From the human T2T-CHM13v2.0 reference genome, Homo sapiens: DNA of 64,000 bases. A model generated the notes under the pieces. That model saw nothing but the letters and a program-made list of their open reading frames with translations. It had not been told where the DNA came from and searched no databases. The stretch lies in the NCBI RefSeq assembly GCF_009914755.1, contig NC_060927.1. One strand, 5' to 3'. Below, one piece after another: positions 13,020-25,737 of this stretch. The translations under genes and the position numbers were made by a program. The number at the start of each line of letters is the position of its first letter. Position 1 is the stretch's first letter.

Positions 13020-13330
13020 CTTGCATTTCAAACCTGTAAGATATCTACACGTATAATTCTATAATTAATTATTATTATTTTTTGCCTTTTTTTCTATATT
13101 GCATGATGATTCCTCAATTCTATTATTTATTTTCTGATGGCCATTTATACTTGCAGGTGCTCAGACTCAAAACAGCTAAACCATAACTCATCAAACTCTG
13201 CCGCAAGTCAGTTCTCTCTCCATTCCTTTTTCACTGTAAAATCAACTGTCAATTACGAAGTCTCAGCTTCTAAATTTGAGGTTATTGGGACTTTCTCTCA
13301 TCATCTAAAGAATTATCAGAAGTGATTGCT
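13020..13330 (+). mobile_element. L2 fragment
   Basis: 'caggtgctcagactcaaaacagctaaaccataactcatc...aaatttgaggttattgggactttctctc' resembles the L2 3' ORF2 region. Confidence 0.55.
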
Positions 13331-14469
13331 TTTTCCCATCAAAGTTTGAGTGGGTGATATGCACTCCCTGACTTGGTTGGGAATTTGGCAATCTATCTAA
13401 CTGATACTCTTTAAATATATTATCATCAACATTCATGTGGTGGGATTAGGGGGCAACTCATTTCAAATTATTAAAAAAGTGTATGGAGAAAAAGATTCAC
13501 ATACTAATTCCCTTTCACTGTCCAAAGCAGCATCAATATTGTGTAAAATGGACAGTATTCTGCCACATGAATTTTCTCCTGTTACTTTCTAAAATAGACA
13601 TTTTCTTAGAAATTTTCCTGAAGAATTTAAAATATAGAAGGTAAAATGAATTCTTTTGTTTCTGATACATCCTGTTCTATTAGTTTGAAGAAATTTAGCC
13701 AATGGTGATCACCAAATGTAAGCTGCTGTATCACATATATGTTACAACACATACATGTTAAAGCACTTCAGCCCATTCTTGTGCCTCCTCAAGTAAGTTT
13801 GAAAGTTTTTTTTAATTTGCATAAAGTGCTGTATAATTGATGGGACTAAATCAATGTACATTCTGTTAATTCAATGGTGTTTTTATGGATTGGTATCTTT
13901 GGAGAAAGTAATGTCTAAATTCTTTGCTTCTGACTGCTTTACCTTCCCAGAAACCACTTTCCATCTAATCATAGGATCTCAATTATCTTGTTTCGACTTG
14001 CTTCTTTATCTGGCCTTTATGTACACCAAATTCCCCTTTTCATTTTATTGCTGAAAGTTAAACCTCTGTCTCATTTTTCCTCAAACACAGATGTGTTAAT
14101 TTCAGCACCTGGCCGTTATTTGTATTTCTCTGTCTGTTGGAATATCATCAAATATTTATTGAGCAAATTACTAAGAATACAGCCTTTTGAATTCGGATAC
14201 AACTAGGATGAGATTTCATTCTATCAATTCAAGGCAGTTTGACCTTGCAATCATAATTCAGCCATTGAAAAATTCACTTTTTTTTCAGCTATGGCTTAGA
14301 AATAATGGTGAGTCCTATCTGATCACTGCTAGATAAGAGGATTAACTGATGTAACATTAGATGTAACAATTGTAACATCTCAATTATTTGCAAAATTACT
14401 GGTACAAATAAATACTGAGTAATTGTTGGCTCTTTATTAGTAATAGTAATGATTGGGTAATGGTAGTAG

Positions 14470-15760
14470 AGTAACCACAGTAATGTGCAAAGCATGCTGG
14501 ATACAGGAAATACGGTGGAAAACACAGGAAAGATGTTTTCTCTCCTCTCATGGACTCTACAGATTAGAGAAGAAAAAAAAAGTAATCCAATATTTAGAAT
14601 AAAGATTGTACTATACTATTACACAGCAAAGGAGCCAAACTAATTTTGACATCTGTAGAGTTCTCCCTGACAGAATGGGGCTATGAGATAAGGAAATATA
14701 AAAGGTAGTCAGGATAATGGTGGAGGTGAGGGAGAGAAAGGATGATACTCAGGCAGAAAAAGCAGCATGCATGAGGGTCTAGAAGAAGAGGCAAATTTGG
14801 GGAAAGTAAACCGTCCTGCATCTCTAAAATGTAGCAAGCTGAAAACAAGGGAAATTGTCAAGAGATTAATTCACTGTTAGGTAGGATTCAGATCATGTGG
14901 GATTCTTTAGGCCTTATAAAAAACTTTCTACTCTATGCCGAAATCATTACAGAAAGATGTTAATCAACAGAGAGCCTTGATTGAATTTTTATTTTTGCAT
15001 ATTGTATGTTTCCTAGGGCTTCCCTAACAGATAATTACAAACCAGGGAGTTTAAGACAACAGAAAGGTATTCTTACATTTCTGGAAGCTGGAAGTCTGAA
15101 ATCAAGGTGTTGGTAGGCAGGGCCATGATCTGAAGTCTCTAGGTGAAGATCTTTGCTTACCTCTCCCTAGCCTCTGTTGATTACTGGCAACCTTTAGTTG
15201 CCCCTTGGCTTATACACGCATCCAATTTCTGCCTCCATCATCACATGACCTTCTCACTATTGGTCCTCTATCTGCATTTCCCGCTTCCTAGAAAGACATC
15301 AGTCACTGAGTTAGGGCCCACTCTAATCTAGTACAGCCTCATACTGATTATTTTCAAGTAAGCTCACATGCACAGGTGTTGGGAGTCAGGACTTAAACAT
15401 ATCTTTTTAAGGAATGTAATTCAACCCACAACACTTATTATTATGGTTCTATTTTGGACACTTAATTCTAAGAGAATAATTAGAAGCAGAGGGGAGAGTT
15501 AGAAAGATTTAGCAGAAGTACAACAAATAAGAACAGTGGCCTGAACAAGCATTGTGTTCATGGGGAAAGGCATTTTCCAATTCAAAATTTGAATTCTGGA
15601 GGTAGGTTGTGCAAGAGTTGCTTATTGATAAATATGTTGGGAGAGGGGTGAGGGAGAGAAAGTTAATGTTGATGCATTATTTCATCATCAAGTTTCTTGC
15701 CTGGGCAAGTAGATGAATGGTACACTGAAAAGGGAAATAGTGAAGCGAAGCTGGTATGGG
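14470..15760 (-). mobile_element. L2 fragment, split by MLT1C
   Basis: 'aatgtgcaaagcatgctggatacagg...caggcagaaaaagcagcatgcatgagggtctagaag' resumes after the LTR with 'gtttcttgcctgggcaagtagatgaatgg'. Confidence 0.7.
15003..15433 (-). mobile_element. MLT1C-like solo LTR
   Basis: 'tgtatgtttcctagggct...gaagtctgaaatcaaggtgttgg...aattcaacccacaaca'; TSD catat / cttat. Confidence 0.88.
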
Positions 15761-16454
15761 ATATAATTGAAAGAGCCATCATTCCATTACTTCAGGTCCT
15801 TTTCTCTGTCTATAAGGTGCTAGGCAGCATATACAGAGGTGACTCTGACAGTTAAAGCCCTGCCCTCATGGAACTTATGGCTCTTGCTAGTCACATAGAA
15901 GTTGACATCTGCTTTAATAGGAATTCCATAACATTTTAGAATGTGAATCAAATATCTACTGCAGTCGTCAATGTTTTATAAAATTGCAGCTGCATCTGCT
16001 TTTATATCTGTTCATTCCCAGGCTCTTAATAGGATCCCTATCTCTTGGAGACTTTCCTGAGCAAAGATTTGTGTAATCTCTTGATATGGTAATTTTCTAT
16101 TTCTAATTTAGTTGCCTATAAAATCAACCTTTGTATCACCTGACATTTACTATCTGTACTTCCCTTCTTTTTTGCTGTCTGTGTAAGTTTTTAACTCTAG
16201 TTGATCATTCTTTTCAACTGACTTTCTCATCTTTCCTCCCAGCTGGTTTGTTTGGATAAAAGTCTGCTTTGGTCCATGCAATGTGTCCAGTCTTTTACTC
16301 CCAGCCATGTGATCTTGTCTCTGCTGTTAGGTTCCTGGGCACGCTTCAGTTTGTACCATTATTTGTTGGTTACAGACTTTCTGCACCACAGCAGTGATTG
16401 AGGGTCTTTTCACAGTTCTGCCATTTTTCTCTCCAACATGTACACACAGTTGAG

Positions 16455-17385
16455 CATTCATAAATGTATTCATTCATCCATTCAACCATTTGTACACTCA
16501 TTCTCTCATCAGATACACATTGATCTGCTGCTTCATTCCACTCATTGTACGAATTCTGGGTAATCAAAGACTAATGCGATGCAGTTCCTTTTTTAAGAGT
16601 TTAGAATGGAGATCCAGACAAGTCAACTGACGATACAAACCGTGTGATGAATGTGAAGGTTTAAGACAAGTGCACAGGTGGAGCACATATTGTAGACTGG
16701 CCAGGTGAATAGGAGACAAATCAGAAAAGGCTTCTCAGGGCAAGAGACAGATAAGCTGAATCATAGAGTTCTAGCAGAACTATCCATGAAAATCGTGCCA
16801 GTAGGAGGGTGAAGGTGGGAAGGGAAAAATTGAAGGGAAAGGGGCACAGGAGGAGAACATAGCAAATATAAACCTCAGGAGGTGAGAAAGAATATGGCCA
16901 TTCTAAAATTGCAGAAGTGTGTGCTGTGTGTGCTGTGAAAAAGTGGGAGAAGAAAAAGATACGACCAGACTAGTAGGTAAGGCCTGGGTCAAGATTTATA
17001 TGCTTGTCTGTCTTATCCTGACCTAATGCCTTATACGAAGGACTCATTGTCAGCTGTGTTTCCTGCATTGAAACTAAGTCCTGACATGTCTGTATTCCCT
17101 CATTGTTCTCTAACATCACTTATACAATTTCCTTCATTTTAATATCTGTACACATAGGTAAGTAGAGATGCGCTTTCATAGGTAGGCTTGTGCCAGGTCA
17201 TGGGGCCCTGCAAATGCTATGTACCATGCCAAAGAGTCCGGCAGTTATTCTGTAGACAATAGTTAAGCAAGTTGTGTTTTGAATGCAGCTTGAATAAAAT
17301 TACCATAGCAGTGTTTTAGAGGGTTGACACACTGAAATGTTTAATTGGTGAAAGGTGAGGTCAGTTGGGATGGGCCAGTTGAAGA
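16455..17385 (-). mobile_element. L2 3' fragment(s)
   Basis: (cattc)n tail followed by typical antisense L2 3' sequence ('agaaaaggcttctcaggg', 'ccatgccaaagagtccggcagttattctgtagacaatag'). Confidence 0.7.
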
Positions 17386-17389
17386 CCAT

Positions 17390-17645
17390 CTCATGCAGTG
17401 ATTGAGAACACGGACTCTGGGTAGATGTTGTGGGTTTGTATTGATAACCCAATTACTAGGAGTATAATTTGGGAAAGTAACCTTAGTTCTCTGTGCCTCA
17501 AAATAGAGATTATAATTGTGGTTGTGACTATGACAAAGCATAGTCGTGTGGATGAAATTAATGAAGACAAGTAAAGCACTTATAATATTGGACAATAATA
17601 AATTACTGTTATTGGACACAAAGAAGTCTTCAACTAATGTTACTT
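17390..17645 (+). mobile_element. MIR
   Basis: 'gtgattgagaacacggactctgg...ttgggaaagtaaccttagttctctgtgcctca...gtaaagcactta'. Confidence 0.8.
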
Positions 17646-17784
17646 TATTATGTTACCAAAATAGATCTTGATCATAGAGATCCATGGTAGTAAAGCAATG
17701 ATTCATTTAAAAATAAATCCTCCAAAGCTGTATTTACGTAGTCAGAGTCCATATAATGCTAGTAAATTAAAATAACTGTTAGTT

Positions 17785-18270
17785 TTTCATTATTCCTAAG
17801 GCTGCCATTACAAACTACCAAAACCTGGGTGATTTAGAACAACAGGAATGTATTCTCACATTCTGTTGTAGCCTCACATTTCTGGAGGCTAGAAGTCCAA
17901 AGCAAGGTGTTGGCAGAGCCATGCTTCTACTGCAGCCTGTAAGAGAAAGTCCTTATTCGGCTCTTCCAGCTTCTGGTATCCTCAGATCGTCCTGGGTTTG
18001 TGTCCAATAGTCACATGTCATTCTTCCTATGTCTCTTTGCATAGACTCCCTCTATACATGTCTGTGTCCAAATTTTTCTTTTCTTTTTTTCCTTTTTTTT
18101 AAAAAAAATAAAAACACCTGTTATATTGGATTAGGATCCATTCTAATAACCTAATCTTCACTTGATTACATCTACAAAGACCCTGTTTTCAAAAGGGATC
18201 ACATTCTGTGTTACTGGAGATTGGGACTTCAACATATCTTTTTCAGGGTAATACAATTCAATCCATAACA
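17785..18270 (-). mobile_element. MLT1C-like solo LTR
   Basis: 'ctggaggctagaagtccaaagcaaggtgttggcagagccatg...ggacttcaacatatcttttt...acaattcaatccataaca'. Confidence 0.88.
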
Positions 18271-19549
18271 TCACGTGTGCAATGATTGTAAAATATTAAA
18301 ATTTCTAAAATGTTACCAGTGAGGCTGAGTTTTAGCAAGTAAACAGTATTGCCACTAACCAAAATTAGTAACATGGGCTTTATTTTCAATATTTGGTCAA
18401 GGACCTAGAATCAGTCAACAGGGCAATATGTTTTAAATAAGGAAGTAGTAAAGAAAACTAGTGAACTTATTTTTTCTTATTGAGAAATAAAACAAATTTG
18501 ATTTGTGATTCATTATTCAAATAGTGAAACCAGAGTACCGCAACAGGATTTTGCAATGTCATTTGGTAGAAATGAAACATAAAAAATATGATAGAGAAAA
18601 ATACTAGATCTGAAATGGGTATGAGAATTCTTAGTAACACCTTGCACTTCAGAGAATTAACATTGTGAGCTGCTTTTCCATGAGGAACACTTTTATATCT
18701 AATATAACACATTAGGGAAGAGTAGCAGGCCATACATTCATCACATTCCCCCCCCCACCCCACACACAAATAATGTAGTGTTACTTGTACATTAATCCCC
18801 ATTTTTCACATTAAAACTCCATTGCTGAAAACCAGAGTAGGGAAACAGTAACTGGAAATTAGAAAAATAAATTTATAATAATATTTAACACTTTTATGCC
18901 TAATAATAGATCAGAAAAAAAGTCTCACTTTTGAATTTGGAAGGTGTGTAGAACAAGGAGGGAAGTAATTGAGTTTTAGATATTTATTAGGACATGCAAA
19001 TAATGAATAATAGACTCATTGGAAAATAATTTAAGAAATTGGAGTAGTAAGTTTTAAGAGATTAAAGAACTAAATAAACAAGATTTTCATTTTGCTTGTA
19101 CTGCATTAAACTCATTGATTTTTTTTTTACATATGGGAAAGGGGTGGAAAAATTGAAAATAAAAATATTAATGACAATTTTATCAGCTAATAATCCAGTT
19201 TTACTTTATATAAAATAAACAACTCTGAGAGATGGTCAGTAGTAGATAATTAACAGGACCAAAATTTTTTGACGTCATTAAATCATATATTGAGGATTAT
19301 CTGAAGAATGATGATGGATGAAAAAAATTAAAATATTTCATGAAAAGAATTAGAGATAAGATGGATGAGGAAGTATTACTAACCTTGCTCTTTCAAATAA
19401 AAAAATAAGATTATAACCAAAATATGCAATCCTCAGAACGTAGACTTTAGGAAAATTTATTACTCAAAAATTAAATATTGGCTGCCAGCAAATTGATTTA
19501 TTATCAGAAATAATGTTACATATCAGGAACAAATGAAAAAGAGAGAAGG

Positions 19550-19770
19550 GAATAAAAATTTCATGGGTACCTGCTGGGTGAGGCACTTTGTATATGTTAT
19601 CCAATTGAATTTTTATAAAAAAGAACTCTGTAAATTATTATTCCCGTTTGATATGTGAGGCAATGAAGGCAAAGAACACATAAGTAACCAGCCCATGGGT
19701 ATAACTAGTGAGTGTGGAATCATTATTCACATATATTTTTTTTAAAGTCCAAGCCTTTCTCACACCAACA
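19550..19770 (-). mobile_element. MIR
   Basis: 'attattattcccgtttgatatgtgaggcaatgaaggc...aagtaaccagccca' is the antisense MIR core. Confidence 0.75.
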
Positions 19771-20205
19771 TAAAGAATTCCCAAGGAAAAAAAAATTCTA
19801 AAATTGATAGACAACAATGTCACATTTTTTATTCAATTGAATTTCCGAAGGCCTAGTGGCTTTTGACAACAATTCCCCAAGGCAGCCCTTATTTGTTTTA
19901 GAAAATGCTGGTCGATGTCTTTGGAATAAAGTAGAGAAAATTAACATAGCAAATAACATGGAATAATACACTTTACCTGAAGATGTTCCTGAGAAAGTAC
20001 AATTAGGTAATACCAGCATCTTCATTTCCACATATTATTGAAATGGCAAGTCCACAACTATGGCCATAATTCTGAGACTGGGCTCAAGGCCCTGCATTTG
20101 TTCCTGCTGAGCGGGACTGAGGATTTGTCACAGACTTTTCAGAGAAGCTGTCCAGCATTAATTGAGGTGCTAAACCCATTCCAGTCTAGTTCCTCCCATA
20201 CATTC

Positions 20206-20299
20206 CAGCTTTCATTCTGTGGCTGTTTCATCAACCCCAGATTCCCATAATTCAGCTTTCTTTCTGTGGCTACTTCATCAACCCCAGAATCCCATAATT
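20206..20299 (+). repeat. 47-bp tandem duplication
   Basis: cagctttc(a/t)ttctgtggct(gt/ac)ttcatcaaccccaga(t/a)tcccataatt x2, 4 mismatches. Confidence 0.95.
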
Positions 20300-20803
20300 T
20301 AGGTTTTTCCTCTGAATCTCATTTCTGTATTCCTTTTTTTCCCCTTATTTGGATTTGCTTTTTCCCCCTATGATATTAGTCCCTGAGCTTAGGCTGCCCC
20401 TGCTTTATCCAGAAGGTTAAGTGGAAACAATTTAGGCAAAACACTTTAAAGGGAAATGACCTTATTTATACTCAAATGATTCCAATGAAAAATTCTATGG
20501 TTTTATTATTTTGTATATATCAAATGCAAATTTATTGGACTAAAATCAATAAGCAAAGAAATAAAAATAAAGAAATTGCAGCTAACATATTAACTATGAT
20601 TAAATTGTTGTTCTAATGCCGTGAAACGAAAAGTTCATGAGGAACCTTTTAAGACAGTTTAAGTTAAAGCCCAAAGGATCAAGGTATGTAGCAATACAGA
20701 TGAAAAAGCTTTCCCTAGAATTAATGGCAAATGCTTTTTTTCATAGTTCAAATAATGTAAGCACTTACATGATTTTGTATTATATTTTTACATATAAAAT
20801 TAG

Positions 20804-21276
20804 TATGATGGCCAGTCTCTAAGATGTTCCCTAAAGATAGTTTTCCCTGAGAATTCATACCCATCTATTCATGCCAGGGCTGACTTGAGTTCCCAATAGA
20901 ATAATGCAGAAATGATGACATATAACTTTCAAGACTAGGTTACAAGAGGCCTTGTAGCTTTTCCCTCGTTTTCGTGCATTGTTCAGCCTGGGGAGAGCCA
21001 GCTGCCATGCCATTAAAACACCAAAGTATCCCACATAGAGAGGAACCACCTTGGCAGTCTTCAGATGAAAATACCTTTGAAGTGGATCTGCCAGTTCCAG
21101 ACAAGCCTTCCAGATGACTCAGCCCTGGCTAATATCAGACTGCAACCTCAGAGCCCCTGCTATGTTTCTGAATATTTGATCTCCAAAAAAAGTATTAGAG
21201 ACAATAAATAATTATTGTAAGTTTAAGTCACTAAGTTTGGGGTGATTCGTTATGCAGTAATAGATAATTTAATACA
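20804..21276 (+). mobile_element. MLT1F-like solo LTR
   Basis: Ends 'ttaagtcactaagtttggggtgattcgttatgcagtaatagataatttaataca'; perfect TSD attag (20799-20803 / 21277-21281). Confidence 0.88.
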
Positions 21277-22138
21277 ATTAGATAAAGTGATACATCAACC
21301 AGACAAAAAGAGAAACATTCAGTTTGTTGCTTTTTCCAAAAGCAACATAAATCATCTACAATGGTTTCCTCTAAGGAAAATATTTGAGATTACTATACAT
21401 AGTGGCTAACAATTATCAGTAATCAATGGGGAATAAAACAGAGACACAGTGTCATTCTGAAAAATCCTTTTCAAACTTTGATAGTTGGAATAGTGTTTTA
21501 GATTATCATATAAAAAACTTATAAAGCAATAAAATTCATTCATTTGTTTACAGTAAATATTAACTGAGCACAGTATGTGCTGGCCGCTTGTGTTTAGGTA
21601 CTGGAGATGCAATAGCAAATAGCACAGCTTCCTCTATGAAATTCACAGTCAATGTATCAATACATTTTAATGTAGAATTAAAATTAAATAGGCTCTCTTA
21701 TTTGCATTTTTATCTTCTCATGTAACACATAAAAATCTATATTTTCTTTAGTTTTATATTAGTCATTGAAAAGTTTCCTCTCAATTCCATGGTTCTGATG
21801 AAGGGCCAGCTGGTTTCTCAGTAATACTGAGAGAAGAAAGAAAATAACAATTGTAAAATTACTCTGTTTTTTAGAGAAATTATGGCGTTATGATTGTGCT
21901 TTTTTCATTCATTTATTCATTCATTCTGGAAGCATTTATCAAATATCATCTATGTATCTTTAAGCCTTTAAGTATATTTTCATATTACAGAATATTAAAA
22001 GGACAAAATACTGACAACTTTTTTATCATCAAAAAAGTTTAAAACATTTATTATGCTCTGTTTTTAAAATCTGTGACAGATAAAATAATTCAATGTTTTT
22101 ATTGAAAATTTAAAAAGTAATTTTAAACGTTTTAGCAT

Positions 22139-22240
22139 GTGGTTGATAGGTACAGCAGACCACCATGGCACACATATACCTATGTAACAAACCTACACGT
22201 TCTGCACATATATCCCGGAATTTAAAGTAAAATAAAAAAA
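22139..22240 (+). mobile_element. ~100-bp, extremely 5'-truncated L1PA insertion
   Basis: 'caccatggcacacatatacctatgtaacaaacctacacgttctgcac' plus A-tail; TSD aaacgttttagcat / aaaagtttcagcat. Confidence 0.92.
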
Positions 22241-23454
22241 AAAAGTTTCAGCATTTAATGAGATCACAAGAGAAATCAGATGCTATTATGTTCTTTTATT
22301 TTAAAATGTATGTTTATTTGAGAGGGAAACACAGTAGATTAGAAGTATTTTGGGGGTTAATATTTTACTTTCTGTGAAGTAATAATTAGAAAAAGGATAC
22401 TAAGAAGCCTGGAATATAGTGGTCAGTCAATAATGCATTTTATAATAATTATATTTTGGCTTTACAAATAGGTAGCCAATATTTACCTCTTAATTAAAAA
22501 TTAATGCATAAATTACTATTATGGATTTCTGGTTTTTCTTTGAAAGATATATGCATATAGATACATGTATATATGCCTTTTGGGTTGTGCTATGTGTTTG
22601 AATATAGATGTATTTCAAGCATGAATTATATTATCTGAAAAGAGCCTTCATTAGAAGAGAAATTATTTCTAAAAAGTTTTTTTCTCCTTAACACTCATCC
22701 AACTTAATTTGAAACAATTCAAACCCAAACAAAAGAATAATTCAGAGTTCACTTCCAGGCTTATAGTTAATTAACAATTTCAATAAAGAAGTGGTTTATT
22801 AGGTGTCTCACTCAAGTGCTTTAGGCTAATACCAGAAACAAAAAAGTTAAATTATAGTCAAAGTGGAACAAAATTTCAAAAAATTCTGTTTAGTGTATCT
22901 CTTTGCTTTCCTAGGAACCCTGAAATCGTTACTTTTCAGCACAGTGAACTTAATGACATGCTTTTTCTTTCCCTGGTGACTTCCTATAGCTTAATTAGCT
23001 GATTCAGGTCAACTACCTGGTTCATCAATTTTTGAGCATCTGAGACTTAGTGTTAAATTCCCTTTTGAGAAATGAATTCCCATCACAAGGGCTTTGTGGG
23101 TGTGTATGTATGGGAAAATAATTTTGAGCAATTAGGAATTAATGATGACCTTGCAGGGGATAGAAGAGGACATAATCATAAAAGTTGAACAGACATCACT
23201 GGGAGTGAGTAATGCACTACCATTAGCATAATTGGCTAGCGTTAAAATGGAGATACCTACAATTATTAAGGTTTAGAAACTTTGAGGAAATCAGGAGATA
23301 CTGGAAGGTGCAACCTGAGATTTTACTCTTAGAAATCTCATCAGTGATAATTTGGAATTATATATAAATGAAATTGTTAGATTGGAATCTGGAGAATAAT
23401 TCTAATGGAGCAAAAATAGAAAAATACACTGCAAATGAAAGTATCATGTAATAT

Positions 23455-23947
<493 letters not shown>

Positions 23948-24565
23948 TGTCTTACTTATCTGTTGCAGGTAACAAGCCAAACTTAATGTCTTTGAATAAT
24001 ATTTTATTGTTTCTCATGCTCGTAGGCATTGACTGGGCTTGGCTGGGCAGCTCTCTTCTGAAGTTGTAATCGGATGTTGTCTGTGGTTGCTGTCATTTAA
24101 ATGCTCAGATTGGCTGAATGTCCAACGTGGCTCACTGACATAGTTGGCAGGTAATGCTGATTGTCCTGTGGGCATTCAGCCCGTGGCTTGGGCAGAATCA
24201 GCTACATAATTTACGGAACCTACCTAGTGCAAAAGGAAAGTATGGAGTTTCTTGTTAAAATTATTAGGACGTTCGAGATAGTAACAGCACACGTTGCATG
24301 CTCATGAATCTGGCTCGGGGCTTGGACTTCTCACAGTAAAATGGTTGGGTTCTAAGAAGCATTCAAAGACCAAGCATTCTAAAAGGCCCAAATAGAAGTT
24401 CTAAGGCTTTTCACAACCTAGTAGGTCACGATTCTAATTGTCAAAAGGAAATCACAAAGCCAGCTCAGGTTCGAGAGAGGGAAATTAGATGCTATCTCTT
24501 AATAGACAGCATGCTTGTCTAGGGAAAGAAATAACTGATGGCAGCCATAGTTGGAAATTACTACA
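23948..24565 (-). mobile_element. MLT1H-like LTR, split by MER45A
   Basis: 'gactgggcttggctgggcag...tccaacgtggctcactgacatagttggcagg...aaatcacaaagccagctcaggttc...gatggcagccat'. Confidence 0.8.
24193..24318. mobile_element. MER45A-like hAT-Tip100 MITE (internally deleted)
   Basis: 'cagaatcagctacataattt...gtgcaaaaggaaag...cttgttaaaattattagg...catgaatctggctcgg'; 8-bp TSD ggcttggg / ggcttgga. Confidence 0.85.
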
Positions 24566-25737
24566 TGACCTTGAGGTTTTATTATAATTATTCAGGGAGA
24601 TAACCCATGTTAGTTAGTTAGCAGAGTGCCTGTACTGTAAAAATGCTTATGTAACTGTTATCATCCCGGATTATAAATTTGGAAAAGAACCTATGTGCCA
24701 TGACTTTGTAGATCTGCAGTCTATCTGCTTGAATTAAATACATGTTATCACATTTTATTTTTACTCTTCTATGAAATGTCTTACACAAATAGTTTTTAAG
24801 ACACTAATATTTATTGCTGTTCAATTTTGTAATGACGAAAGCACATTCCCAAATTAATTATTAATTAGCTTAATGTTTCTCAATGATAATAGGCTTTCTC
24901 TTTTACCTAAAGGCATTCTTCAGAAATGGATAGTTTAGCTTTGATTTTTCTGCCTATTAAATAACCACTTGTAGTCTATTGTCTTGCTGTATTTATCACA
25001 GATGAGTGCAAAACAACAACAACAAAAAATAAATTGCTTTACTATAGTACCTTTTCCTTACACTTTGCCATAAACTGCCACATTCTCTGAATGCATCTCA
25101 GCTAGCGTGTAACTTGGGATTACAGGTTATAAAAGCTTTTTATAATCTTTAGTCATTTAACACTACCTAAATCTTATTTGATGGCTTTTCTTTTCAGTTT
25201 GTGCCAAAAGCAATATAACTTTTAAATTAGGAAGCAAACATCCTTTTACAAATAAGACACTGTTTCTGACATCCAAATTTTGTTGATAGGCACCAAGAAT
25301 TTCTGGAAAACTTTGTGTGTAAAGATAGTTATAAGTGAAAAGAAATGCCAAATGATCATCCAGGACACAACAGAACAGTTTATTTTGTTGCGATAAAGAC
25401 AAAAGAGGATGGTGAATTACAAAACTATGTTTATTCTATTGTGCAAGGCTCTTGGAATGTACTAAAAACACTTTTTAAGTCAGTGTTGCACAAATAATGT
25501 CAACCTGGATTGAAGGAGGCCATAAAGCTGAACCCAAGTAAATCTATGATTCCATTTTGAATAGATTACATTTTTTCTGACTTGATAAGCATTGTAGGCC
25601 TTCATATTCAGTTTACAAGAGTTTAGTCTTTCTGAAATTTGGCCCTTATTTGCTCTCAATTTATTCATTTATATATGTATTTCTTCCAGCATCTCATTTC
25701 ACAGATGCCTTATATATCATAGATATCAAATATATTA

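Noticed and set aside
25127-25145. Near-palindrome ttataaaagctttttataa
   Set aside because: Short and AT-rich; expected by chance.
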